Source: Trypanosoma brucei (taxonomy: Eukaryota). Taken from it: a DNA stretch of 64,000 nucleotides. A program made the translations under genes and the position numbers. Location: the NCBI GenBank assembly GCA_000002445.1, contig CH464491.1, positions 3,136,001 to 3,200,000 on the forward strand, given 5' to 3'. Positions 12,808-23,035 of the stretch are shown here, piece after piece (the first letter of the stretch is position 1; each line of letters opens with the position of its first letter). The notes under the pieces were generated by a model that worked only from the letters and a program-made list of their open reading frames with translations, made no database searches and had not been told where the DNA came from.

Positions 12808-13173
12808 ATGGACCGGAGACTCATCGAAATGCAAGCCGTCATTACGCGGCGCGAAGCGGAGTTCCGGAAGCAAAACATGGACTTAATGACCGAGCTGATG
12901 GGTGACATGAGGAGTCAGGACAATCTGTTCGATAAGAATATGAAGGACCTGCAGTTCAGATTGAAGGGCCTGGAGAAGCAGAAGGCCGATATAATTAAAG
13001 CCGAGGATGAAGTTAAGGATAAACTGTCGAAGCTGAGTGCCGCACGCACCAAGCTTGCGGAACAGATGGCTGAAATGAAAGAGAAGATGGACGGCATTCG
13101 GAGGCAAAGGCCGAGCGGCTCGTTAACTGCGAGGGGGAAGAAACCCTCTAAGGAGCCATCTGTGGATATGTAA
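12808..13173 (+). CDS. Small coiled-coil protein, 121 aa. Copy 3 (inverted).
   Basis: Identical translation to 2597-2962. Confidence 0.4.
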   Translation: MDRRLIEMQAVITRREAEFRKQNMDLMTELMGDMRSQDNLFDKNMKDLQFRLKGLEKQKADIIKAEDEVKDKLSKLSAARTKLAEQMAEMKEKMDGIRRQRPSGSLTARGKKPSKEPSVDM

Positions 13174-13177
13174 AGTT

Positions 13178-13400
13178 GAGTGGAACAAGAATCGGAAAGA
13201 AGGAGATATGGGGTTTGGTAAAGGAGATGATGGTGTAAGGAATGNNNNNNNNNNNNNNNNNNNNNNNNNNNNNNNNNNNNNNNNNNNNNNNNNNNNNNNN
13301 NNNNNNNNNNNNNNNNNNNNNNNNNNNNNNNNNNNNNNNNNNNNGGAAGAAGAGATTGGGGTTTGGTTAAAGGAGATGATGTGTTGTTAAGGGAATGGCA
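13178..13400. repeat. Tandem repeat of an about 50-bp unit (ggaaRgaaggagatWtggggtttggt(t)aaaggagatgatg(g)tgtKtaagg(g)aatg). At least 2 copies spanning the N gap.
   Basis: One unit ends at 13244 and a second starts at 13345, with 100 N between them. Copy 1 and copy 2 have a single unit at the equivalent site (about 2526-2580). Confidence 0.7.
13245..13344. other. Assembly gap (100 N). Also a single ambiguous base at 13628.
   Basis: Run of exactly 100 n characters. Confidence 1.
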
Positions 13401-16400
13401 ATTGCTCTTTAATAAAGCCGCTTCTGTTCTCCTGACTATAGCAGTGCTACCGAATGATGTATGAAAGAAGAACGCACATACAAAGTAAAGAATAATTTCC
13501 TTGAGTTTTTTCTGTTGGTTTGGGGGGTTGCTGTCACATCCGCCGCACTCTGCATTAACGTAGGAAGGCTTAGCAGCGTGGCTGTATGATAGTCCCGCCT
13601 CTCATCCCTTTCTTTGTTTGTTAAATGANATTGATGGGGATCTTAGGGTGCAAAGCGTCTTAATTGGGCAGTTGTTGTGCGCGTTATGTGTCGTTAATAC
13701 TTCCAACCACCGCCCCCCTCCTTGGTAACTCGACGCTTGTGGCTGCGTTGTTGACTTTCTCTTTACTGTTGGTTCGGTGCTTTTCCAGAAACCGATTGCT
13801 ATCTTTATATCCCTCATGATTGTTAATGAATTTAGTTACTTCTAGTGGTAAGGATAATATTGTATTAGGGACTGTTTCAGAATCAGCAGGGCCTGCGTAT
13901 CCTTAGATGCTTAATTCCTTTATAGTGCTGGATGAAATATACCTGCCGTTAGCTGGTACACGGTTTGAAGCAGCGTGAGTGTACTACTGGTGGTGGCATG
14001 AAAGTCAACATATACGTGTGTCACACTGAGTAACTCCTGGGTTGGAAGGTGACTCGGCGCCTGTTTGGTGCTGCTGTGTCACCGGAGAGTTGATATGGTG
14101 GATGAGCGTTGTTTTGCGAAGTGTACGCCATTAATTTTTTCTGCAGATTTGTTGTGGTACCCACTGATAGTTTCTGTGACTTGGCCATATTGGGTTCCTC
14201 TGTGTCACTTACTCGTCCCACTGAATTGTTTGGTTGTTTTTATCCTGGCTCACCCACCTTCGGAGCGTCAATCTTCTTAACAGTTTGGATGCCGCTAGGG
14301 TTCACTATTGTATTTGATTTGATTCCTTATCGATCACATGCATGCCGCCGTGTATTTGCTTCCGAGTTGGATGGTAGTAGCATCCTTTAATGGCACCGAT
14401 CGTTTTCCTGCGTGACCCTGCCGAACCTCCCACTCCTACATTAGTAATTTTTGTTGGGTCGTTAATTTTACAGATCACAGGAGGAATCATATTGGCATTG
14501 GTTTTCGACCATGTATTATGCAAACGGCAAACTAAGGATTGAAACCAACTGCTCCTCTTGTGCTCGTCTCGCTAACACAAATGAATGCTCCACGAACAAT
14601 TGTGGATAGTGATGTGTGCTGTTTTGGGGTGGGCTTTGTGCTGCCTCCTTCTTTGTGTGTTGAGATACTGAGCTGTAACGAGTCCTGTATGCCTTACTAG
14701 TGTGGTGATCTCCATTTGATTTGAAAAGCCATTTATGAGTACTCCAGGTAACTCTGAGATTAGCACTTCAACTGCGTTAGGAGTGGTTTGAGTAATGTTT
14801 GAGTGCTGAAAGCAGTATTTTAAGTGTGGTGCGGACGATGCTTAAATGACGTTATTGACTGATGCAATGTGTCTGTATGTGTGTGTGTGCTCCTTGGGTT
14901 AGGGGTTTTAAAGTTAATCTTAGCTTTTTTTGTTCTTCCAGTTGAATGTTGTTGTTTATGTTTTTCGTGGATATAGTGTTGTTTTAAAGCGTAAGGAATT
15001 TTTTGACGATATATTTCTATTTATTATTTTAAATCTGTTGTTGGTGAATGTAGATTTTGTTTTGTTGACTTAATTTGTCTTCTTTTTTGTTTCTTTGTTC
15101 TTTTTTTTTTTTTGTGTGGTGCCTTGTAATTCTTCTTTTTTTATCTTGGTGATTTTGCATGATAATGCTTTGTGTGTGAATATTTGTTTACCGATTAGCT
15201 CATTAATGGTCATATGTGACTTATAAGTTCGTTTATTTGTGGCAGATTGTGTTATTTTTATATGGCTTTAGTTCATCTTGCTGCAGCGGTTTTTATTAGA
15301 TTAATTTTTCGATACCTGTTTGTTGACGTTAAAGTGTGTTGGTGAGTGATGGCCTCTTATCTTGGCGTGTTGCGACGCATAGTTCCATTATTACTTAGTT
15401 GTGTATAAGTGACTGCTCATCTTTTGCTAGTGGTTAATCATTGCGGATGGGGTTAAGCGAATCACGTATAATTAAAATTGAAAAATTGGTGGGAGCAGTT
15501 ACTGCACGGTGTTGCATCGTTGTTTGGTGTGTGTGTGTGGTGTTGCTGCCGTAACATGCAGCAAAAATCTCGGTACTGAATGCCTTTGTTTTGCATGCTA
15601 CAGTGCTTTGGCAACGAAATTCACCGCCTCCGTAACTTCGATGTACGGGGTGCTTGTGATTTGTTGCTAGTGCCTGTGTTTGAAGAGTGAAAGATATTTT
15701 CTATACCTAAAAGAAGTTGACATGAAAGGGTCTTGGCAAATGAATGGTGGCTCAATGAAACATAAAAAAGAGAGGGGTCTTTAAAAAAAAAAAAAAAGAA
15801 CGCGCCTCTACGGTTCGCCAATATTAGTAAATGCCTTTAACTCTTCGCGTTGTATTCAGCTCGTGTTGGAGGCGTGCAAGCGTATCCTTGGTGTTGTTTA
15901 ATTCATATGTGCTCTGTGGAAGTGATGGCCTCCTAAATGTGGTACCAGAGACGGCAGTACTGCTCACATGGAGAACTGTGTTGTGTTTTGGTTGAGGTAT
16001 GTGGTGCAGCACAAGGATGAGTCGCTCTGTGCCGAGGCGCCGCTTTTCTACCTTGTCGGTGCGTGGCCGCGTGCAAATGGGCTGTCAGCACTATCCCTCC
16101 CAATGAAATTGTTATCGGTGCGAGATGGGATGTCCCTGGAGCCATGTGATGGATCCTTGAAAGCAGTCTGTAGAGCTGATTAGTTGGAAACCAAGTAGAT
16201 GAAGTCAAGTGTTTGGCGCATTCATCTTCGGTTAGCGGTATGCATCGAAACAACTTTTTTTCGTGAAGCGGAGGTCGTGGGGCTAAAGGGTAGCCAACCT
16301 CCACATCCCTGTTCATGTTGCTTTGTATGGCGCGTCCACCGAAAAGGCAAATGGCTGAAGGTAATCATATACGGAAATAGAGCAACACACTCTTTGACAG

Positions 16401-17690
16401 AAGGTGTTCGGCACTACTCTCCGAGCAGCAGGGGCACATGGTTCGTACAGGTTCGGGTGACGCAACTGACGGCTGAAAGTATAGCGACAGGCACTACATT
16501 CTGTTCTCCACCTGAACACTTTGGGCGAGCAGATGTTTCCCCGGACATTTTCACTTCTTGTGGCAGAGAGGTTGAATCGTTTGCATACCGTCTGCAAAAT
16601 GACATCTACCCCGGCATTGGCGTTTGTTTTGCAACCCACGGTGGGACATGCATGGCATGTCACCAACTTCTGAGAACGAGGCTCCTGATCATTCAGAATA
16701 CCTTCTGGGAATGAGAATGCACGACATATTATCCAGGAGGAAATCAAGAGCGGGTATCTTCGTGTTGTCCAAGCGGTCGGATCAAGGGTTGGCATGCTAT
16801 TTCGCCGCGATGCCACGCACACTGAATGCGAACAGGGCTTGTGACCTTGTTGTCTGTAATCTGATCACCTTTCCGTCATCGAGACTGCCTTGTCACCGGG
16901 CCTGCAAGGTTACTGAAGGGAGGAGGGTTTGGATTCTCAACGAGGCATGAGCAGGCTTTTCCTGATTGAAAATAGCCAGCGGCGATGATAAATTCTGATT
17001 TCCTAGGCATCCACCCTTTGATCCATCACGTTCCGGAGCGTCTGGTCCGGATGAAGGTTTGACCATTCAATTTCTTCCGTTATTCTTGTTTTGCTCATGG
17101 CAGAAGTTTTGCCGCGCGGTGTTTCCATTTTTTTTTTTCTTTTGCATTCCAGCTCCCGTCAAGTCAGTTTTACCTGACTCCAGTTTCCACCAACCCTCGC
17201 ACTACCTTTCGGCGGAGTAACCCTATGATCGGTGTTGTGCGCGTGCCCATAGCAGGGCGATGCAATGAGCGCCTCCTCGCTCGGCCATCGAAGGAGGTCC
17301 CTAAAAGTTATCAAGAAGAAAAGAAAGCACCGAATGGTAGCGTTTTGCTGTACCACGTTTTTAAGATGACATAGTTCGGTAGCAAAATTTGTGACGAAAA
17401 TGAACACACACACACACACGTATATATATATATACTCTCAAGCTAAGGTAGTTTGAGACTTGCTTTGGTTAGGCCGTTTTTTGTGCTGTCGGGAGACTTT
17501 TCCCCCCTGGAAACCTTTCCCTGTTAAGCGCCGGTGAGGGTGGTTACAGCCACAGCGCCGCGTGTGACAAGCATGATGATTAAGCACCCCTCGGAAGAAA
17601 CCCTTTATCCCTTGATGTAGGAAAATCCACTCGGCACGTGTTCGCCTTCGAGTTTTTGCCAGCTTAGACCATTCTAAGGTTTGGCTTTCT

Positions 17691-18680
17691 TCATCTGCGT
17701 GGGCCAGTTTTGAGACACCGCTGATTCCATTCCAAGAAGCGCCGTTCGCACCGCGTTGTGCAAATGGTTACTTTTTTGCTGGCGGTAAGTGGCACCTCGG
17801 GGAGAAACTGCCGGTATAAAGAAAGGCTTAGGTTGGCCAGCGTAAGTGAGCCTAGTTCCACGCTAGCTTCCATCAGTAGTTCAGCAGCTACAGACCCGCG
17901 TTTTTCGTAGCTTCCGGGTAGAGACAGTCCGCAGTCTGCTCCGCCTCCTGTGATGCAGTCTTCCATAACAAAAGTTGCTTGTGAAGAAGCTATATCTCCC
18001 ATAGCCAAACAAAGCCCCAAACCGCGCAGGAAAGGCACCCAGTTCTCGTTGCTCACCCCCTTCGCACGGCATTTCTGCACGACGGAACGGTCATCCCCGT
18101 CGTACTCGCCAAGAAGGTCCACAAGCAGCCTTAGCAGAACGTCCGACCGCTCCTCTCCAAAAAACAACTTGAACTTTTCCGGATGTCGCATGACACTTAT
18201 GGGATGAACGAAAAATTGTGATGGTTTGACGTTTGGGGCGATGGCACCGTGCAACACCGCTCTTTCAAAGATTAAGCGACTCTCAAACAGGCAGTAGGCG
18301 TAAACGTGGGGGTGATACGGCAGTGAAATCAGCCTTACTGCTTCGGTTGTGGAGTAACCACAGGGCGGTGCTGTGTCAGAAGAAAATGGCAGGTGCATAG
18401 ACAAGAGGTCATTATCCTCAGAAGCACTCGATGCCTTTTTCCGTTCGGCACCGAATGTCCTTTCAACCCATGACCCTCGGTTGCACTTCTGTGTGAACTG
18501 ACAAAGCGGGCGACAAACTTTCATTAAATACTTTACCTTACTTTGTTGTAAAAGCAGCTGGGGGTGGGTGGTTGAGGTGCTCGACATGTGGTATTTGAAG
18601 GAAGGGGAAACATGGGTAGGGTTGAGAGTGCTCCCAACAGTGGCTGCGCCGGCTTTGAGACTAATCGGTGACAGTGGCAA
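17691..18680 (-). CDS. Hypothetical protein (up to 329 aa; true start may be an internal Met). No recognisable domain.
   Basis: Longest ORF in the region. Non-repetitive, mixed composition. Sits just left of the divergent strand-switch region. Confidence 0.4.
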   Translation of the reverse strand: MPLSPISLKAGAATVGSTLNPTHVSPSFKYHMSSTSTTHPQLLLQQSKVKYLMKVCRPLCQFTQKCNRGSWVERTFGAERKKASSASEDNDLLSMHLPFSSDTAPPCGYSTTEAVRLISLPYHPHVYAYCLFESRLIFERAVLHGAIAPNVKPSQFFVHPISVMRHPEKFKLFFGEERSDVLLRLLVDLLGEYDGDDRSVVQKCRAKGVSNENWVPFLRGLGLCLAMGDIASSQATFVMEDCITGGGADCGLSLPGSYEKRGSVAAELLMEASVELGSLTLANLSLSLYRQFLPEVPLTASKKVTICTTRCERRFLEWNQRCLKTGPRR

Positions 18681-19686
18681 CTAAAAGCGTTCTGAGTGAA
18701 CAGAGCTGTGACCGGCTTCCACGAGGTTGTCCCTTTAGATCTCAAGGTGGGCTGCGCGGCCGCCCCCGTGGCGGGTTTCTGCTTCTTTTTTTTTTCCGCG
18801 GCCCCCCGGCATCAAAAAGAAATAGAAAAACAAAGCAGAAACGGGGGAAAATGACGAGACCCGGGTGCTTTAATTCCCTTTTCGCTTTGTTGTGCTTTGC
18901 TGCGAACCGCTTGCACTGAGGAATGGGCCCCTGGTGGCACGTCAACACTTGACCTTTCGGGCTGAATTTGTTGAAACCGTAGAAGGTTGCGGTTTGCTGC
19001 ATTTTCAGCACGTTTTCTGTCCTGCGGTAGCACCTCCCGCGTCGGGTGTTGCGGCTTCGCCCCGAACAGCTTGTGTGGTGGTCGGTTGGCCACATCCTGT
19101 GGGATACCACCGATTGGGGCCGTTGTTCCTTCGTCTGGTTTGCAGCACCAGCGTCGTCGGTGAAGGGTGGTGGCGTTACTCGTTCTAATCGGCTTCTCTG
19201 GATTTCTGAAGTTCTGTCGCTCCATGCCTTTGAGAGCATAATATGGTGTCAGGCGGGGGGGGGGGGCTCCCAGTTTGAGTGAAGCTGGTCCTGCTCCCCT
19301 CCCCTGGAGGTTGCTTCCCCTTCCGCCGATATTGAGCAGGGATCTGCGTGAAAAATCCTACCCATGATTGTGGGTGTGGGACTGACTGCTTGGTCAAGCG
19401 TCTTTTTCTTTCGTATAGATTTGAAAAAAAATGTTGTTGGCGTCCTGGGTGTGGTCGTGGTTCAGTAACCATTTTCTTTTCTTTTTCTTGCGCTCGAGCA
19501 AACACAAATATTATCGACGCCGACTGCCTAACTAGGTTAGTCGTGAGCCATTGTTGAAATTTATACCGTTAAATCCGGGCGGAATAGACGGTAAAGGGTG
19601 ACGAAAAAAGGGGGAAAAAGAGCATCTCAAGTTATATGACATTAGCTACTCAGCTATTAGTACTTGGAGTCATCGACTAGGGTGAA
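18681..19686. promoter_or_regulatory. Divergent strand-switch region (putative Pol II transcription start zone) with a G12 tract at 19255-19266 and CG-rich runs.
   Basis: Minus-strand ORF to the left, then an uninterrupted run of plus-strand ORFs to the right through the end of the window. Poly-G/poly-C tracts are typical of kinetoplastid divergent strand-switch regions. Confidence 0.55.
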
Positions 19687-20370
19687 ATGGTGGACGAGCT
19701 TCCACCAGTACTGTCTGGAGTTGGCACAACGGACTCGGTACCGCGTGTAAACGAGCACGAGCCTACAAGTCCTTCTGTGGATTTTGAAGGGCAAGAGATG
19801 CTACTGGAGCCGGGAACCTCCACGATCAACGATGAAAGTAATTCAGCTCTGTTCTGTGGTGCGGGCGACCCTAAAGAATTACAAGCCGAGCCGAGGGATT
19901 CTAGGGACAGGACGGGAATAGTATCGAGACAACTTATCACTCCGCAACAACAACAACAACTGGGAATATCTACCTGCAGTAGAAAGAGTTTGGAGCAAAA
20001 GATAAGTATTCTAGAGGCAACCATAGCTACTCAGAAGAAGGAAATCATTCTACTACAAAGGCAGCTTCAGTCTAGGTCGACGGGGGCGACTGACCATCGT
20101 CTTGCAAATGCTCTAAAAGAGATTGCTGCCCTGAAGGAGGCATTAAATCATGCAAATGGGAAAGCTGAAAGTGAGCGCGAACCTGCAGCTTTGCAGATGC
20201 AGGCTACGATTGAGAGGCTCTCCACCGAAAGAAATGAGTTGATGAACTGCTTGCGGAAGCAAAACAAACTAATAGAGGCGTTAAAACGGCAAAAAGTACA
20301 CCTGGAATCGGCTACACTCCTCAATATAATGGAAAAAGAGATTGAAAAATACTTTGAATTAGCTCGATGA
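19687..20370 (+). CDS. Coiled-coil hypothetical protein, 227 aa. C-terminal half rich in Q/E/L/K heptads.
   Basis: Clean ORF. First gene of the plus-strand unit. Confidence 0.5.
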   Translation: MVDELPPVLSGVGTTDSVPRVNEHEPTSPSVDFEGQEMLLEPGTSTINDESNSALFCGAGDPKELQAEPRDSRDRTGIVSRQLITPQQQQQLGISTCSRKSLEQKISILEATIATQKKEIILLQRQLQSRSTGATDHRLANALKEIAALKEALNHANGKAESEREPAALQMQATIERLSTERNELMNCLRKQNKLIEALKRQKVHLESATLLNIMEKEIEKYFELAR

Positions 20371-20532
20371 ATTACTCTGTAAATCTCTTTTTTTTTTTGT
20401 AGTTGTGACACTGCCCACAGACTTCCCGCCTTTATGTGTCTTGTCAAACGTGGGTTACCACAAAATGGTGGCGGTGGCGGCGAATTCGTTCTTTGTTGTT
20501 CTACTTTTTTCAAAAGAAAGTGTTGCGTAAGT

Positions 20533-21603
20533 ATGGCTTGTGTAACCGGTGACGACACTGGATTGGTAAAAGTTTGGAACATCTCGAAGAGTACTGGGGC
20601 CACGTTGTCTTTTTCATATGGTGAACAAAGCAGAAAAAGAGGTATTGCCGGTATGTGTTGGGTGGACAGCTCGACAACAAGGGTTGCCTTTTCTATGAAT
20701 GATGGAGTTCTTTCAATATTGGATCTGAGCGAACGCGCTGTTACTTTATCGAAGAAAGTCGGTGTATTTTCCGCTTTGTCGAACAGTTTGTGTTCGTACA
20801 AAGGGAAAATTCTCGTCGCGTCTGGTAGTGGAAAAGTTTTATTAACAACTCCGGTTCTAGAGGCAGCAGACACTATCGAATGCGGTGGTCCCGTTGAGGC
20901 ATTTCACTTCCACCGCAGGTATGGTATGTGGTCCATGGGAGGGAAGGGGAACGACATGTGCGTTTACGACCTTAATTCGCAGGATGTTGGGACGCCTGTG
21001 TTTCGTGCGCAGAATGTGAGGGATCATGTTTTAGATGTACCGTATCCTGTATATGTAACAGGGACGTGTGTAATTAACCCATTCGTATTTTGCACAACCA
21101 CTGCATATCACCAGGTGCGTTTTTACGACCGTCGAAGTAGCGAGAGACCGATACAAGAGTTTGAAATTAGTCGAGAGATCGAGCGAAGGCCAACAACTCT
21201 TTTACAGTGGAACTGCAACAAATTTCTTATTGGTGAAGCGAGTGGTGATGTTCATTTGTATGATACCAGACGGGGGTTCGCATCGAGAGCCAAGTTGCGT
21301 GGAGGCGTTGGGAGCGTTCGGAGCATGGCCAAGCACCCATCTGGACACCAGATTCTTGCCGTTGCTGGTTTGGACAGAAAGGCGCGGTTATACCACGTTC
21401 CGACAGGGAAGCTTCTTATGACAATGTACACGAAGCAAAGGACTACGAGTGTTCTCCTTGACAAGGGAATACCACTCAAAGATAATACAGCAGTGTACAG
21501 TAACGTGGCAAATTCTAAACAGCCCAGTAAGTTGAACGGCATCGGCGACGAGGTTTGGGACAACATGGATCCTGTTGTCGATGATATCAACTGGCAGCAG
21601 TAA
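20533..21603 (+). CDS. WD40-repeat-like protein, about 356 aa from Met at 20533 (MACVTGDDTGLVKVWN).
   Basis: Repeated GxLxVW and LxxYD-like beta-propeller signatures (GLVKVWNIS, GDVHLYDTR, ARLYHVPTGKL). ORF track 20434-21603. Confidence 0.5.
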   Translation: MACVTGDDTGLVKVWNISKSTGATLSFSYGEQSRKRGIAGMCWVDSSTTRVAFSMNDGVLSILDLSERAVTLSKKVGVFSALSNSLCSYKGKILVASGSGKVLLTTPVLEAADTIECGGPVEAFHFHRRYGMWSMGGKGNDMCVYDLNSQDVGTPVFRAQNVRDHVLDVPYPVYVTGTCVINPFVFCTTTAYHQVRFYDRRSSERPIQEFEISREIERRPTTLLQWNCNKFLIGEASGDVHLYDTRRGFASRAKLRGGVGSVRSMAKHPSGHQILAVAGLDRKARLYHVPTGKLLMTMYTKQRTTSVLLDKGIPLKDNTAVYSNVANSKQPSKLNGIGDEVWDNMDPVVDDINWQQ

Positions 21604-21933
21604 CCCGTAAAACCCAGGAAAATGTTTGGGAATATGTATCTGTTTCTCTGATCGGGAAGGCAGGTAATATGATACTGTACCAAGCGGAGGTAAGTTAAAC
21701 ATCGTTTAAACGTTTTTTTTTGTATTTGGGTCGTTGCATCGTAAAGAGAATTTATTCCCTGCCGAGGGAAGTGGTAAATGGTGCAGTTCACAGTTCTGTA
21801 TACAATGCTTATGTGCCTTTTAAAACGTTGTGTACAAGTGTATGTAATGTCTTTGTTATCTTGCCGTATCAAATTTCTGCCTATTTATTTATTTTGTCCC
21901 CTTTCCAACTCAGAAGGTATTAAACAAGCAAAA

Positions 21934-22257
21934 ATGGCTTCTTGCAGAACTGGGCGGTTACCGATGCCTGACGACCCACTTTTTAATCCTATTCATATGG
22001 CCAACTTCCGTTCGACGGCGCGCATTGCCGGTGTGGGACTTCTGGGCGTCATTTGGATAATGTACCAAAAACTTCACCATTCGCATCATTATATTACCTA
22101 CAAGGGGCCGGAAAACCCTTTCGCTCGCATTCGTCACCGTAGGTTTCCTGGTGGTACTTTCGCCTTCGGGTGGGGTAATAATGGATTGAACCGCGACTGC
22201 GGCCTAAAGGAATGGGAGTGCTGGGCTGGGTACACTGGTAAAGAGTACACTTATTAG
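21934..22257 (+). CDS. Small single-pass membrane protein (about 107 aa; MASCRTGRLP..., TM helix IAGVGLLGVIWIMY).
   Basis: Polypyrimidine tract plus AG (ttattttgtcccctttccaactcag) immediately upstream of the ATG. In-frame part of ORF 21778-22257. Could be a small mitochondrial or respiratory-complex subunit; this is speculative. Confidence 0.35.
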   Translation: MASCRTGRLPMPDDPLFNPIHMANFRSTARIAGVGLLGVIWIMYQKLHHSHHYITYKGPENPFARIRHRRFPGGTFAFGWGNNGLNRDCGLKEWECWAGYTGKEYTY

Positions 22258-23035
22258 GCATTTTTAGCGAATACATGGAAATTTTTTGTCTTCAAAAGTT
22301 TTTTTGTTTTGTTTTTTGTTTTCTTTGTCTTTTGTTGTTAGGGCGTACCGGCAATACGGTAGGGGGAATTAGTATTTATGTGTAGACTGCTCGTTATCTG
22401 ATTTAGGGATTTTTGTAAAACCAATAAAGTACCATATAAGTACTGAAAAAAATTTGCATGCTCTATTTTTCCCGTTGGTGTACCTGGTACGTTGTTGCCT
22501 TGGCACGTTCATGTCGTCCATCTTTGCATCTTCATCAATCTTCTTTGTTAGTTATTATAGTTGTTCTATTTGCTTGTGTGCAACAACTTTTGTTGTTTTA
22601 GATCATCGCCATGGATCCTCGACGAGGGGGGACGCGTAGCAACGTGGGAGCGTCTTCTGCATGCGATAAGGATTTCCTTCAGACAATTCGGAATTATTCC
22701 ATGCGTGTCCAACAGGAGGAATGGATGTATAGTGGACCGTCGGCATACTTTTCTCTTCCGAAGAATTCAGCGCCTTCAGGAACAAAGTAAGCGCTCAGTC
22801 TGGCGCTCTCAGTGTTCCTCCTGAGTTATTCTGAGGAAAAGGCATGGTAGCTGCCACCAGGTGCGACCAAATATGTGCCTTCACGTTCCCCCTTGTTATG
22901 CACGTTTTCCCTCTTTCCCTTTTCCTTCCAAGAATGAATAAATTCTGTCTGTGTATGCATCATTAACTGTCTTCATAGAGTGGCTGCTGCAGCCCTTCAT
23001 GCCGCTTATTTCCCTTCTTTTTTCCTTTTTTTTTT

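Larger units (their letters stand above)
11297..14915. repeat. Right palindrome arm. B-prime (11297-11868) plus inverted repeat unit copy 3 (11869-14915). Includes a 100-N gap.
   Basis: Reverse-complement of copy 1, copy 2 and arm B. ORFs 12028-12393 plus, 12501-12692 minus, 12808-13173 plus, 14021-14221 minus, 14305-14523 minus and 14572-14766 minus mirror those of copy 1. Confidence 0.85.

Noticed and set aside
16199-16822. Overlapping 171-aa (plus) and 169-aa (minus) ORFs.
   Set aside because: They are mutually exclusive and Cys/Arg-rich. Neither has a recognisable domain, and there is no clear upstream trans-splice signal. Left uncalled.
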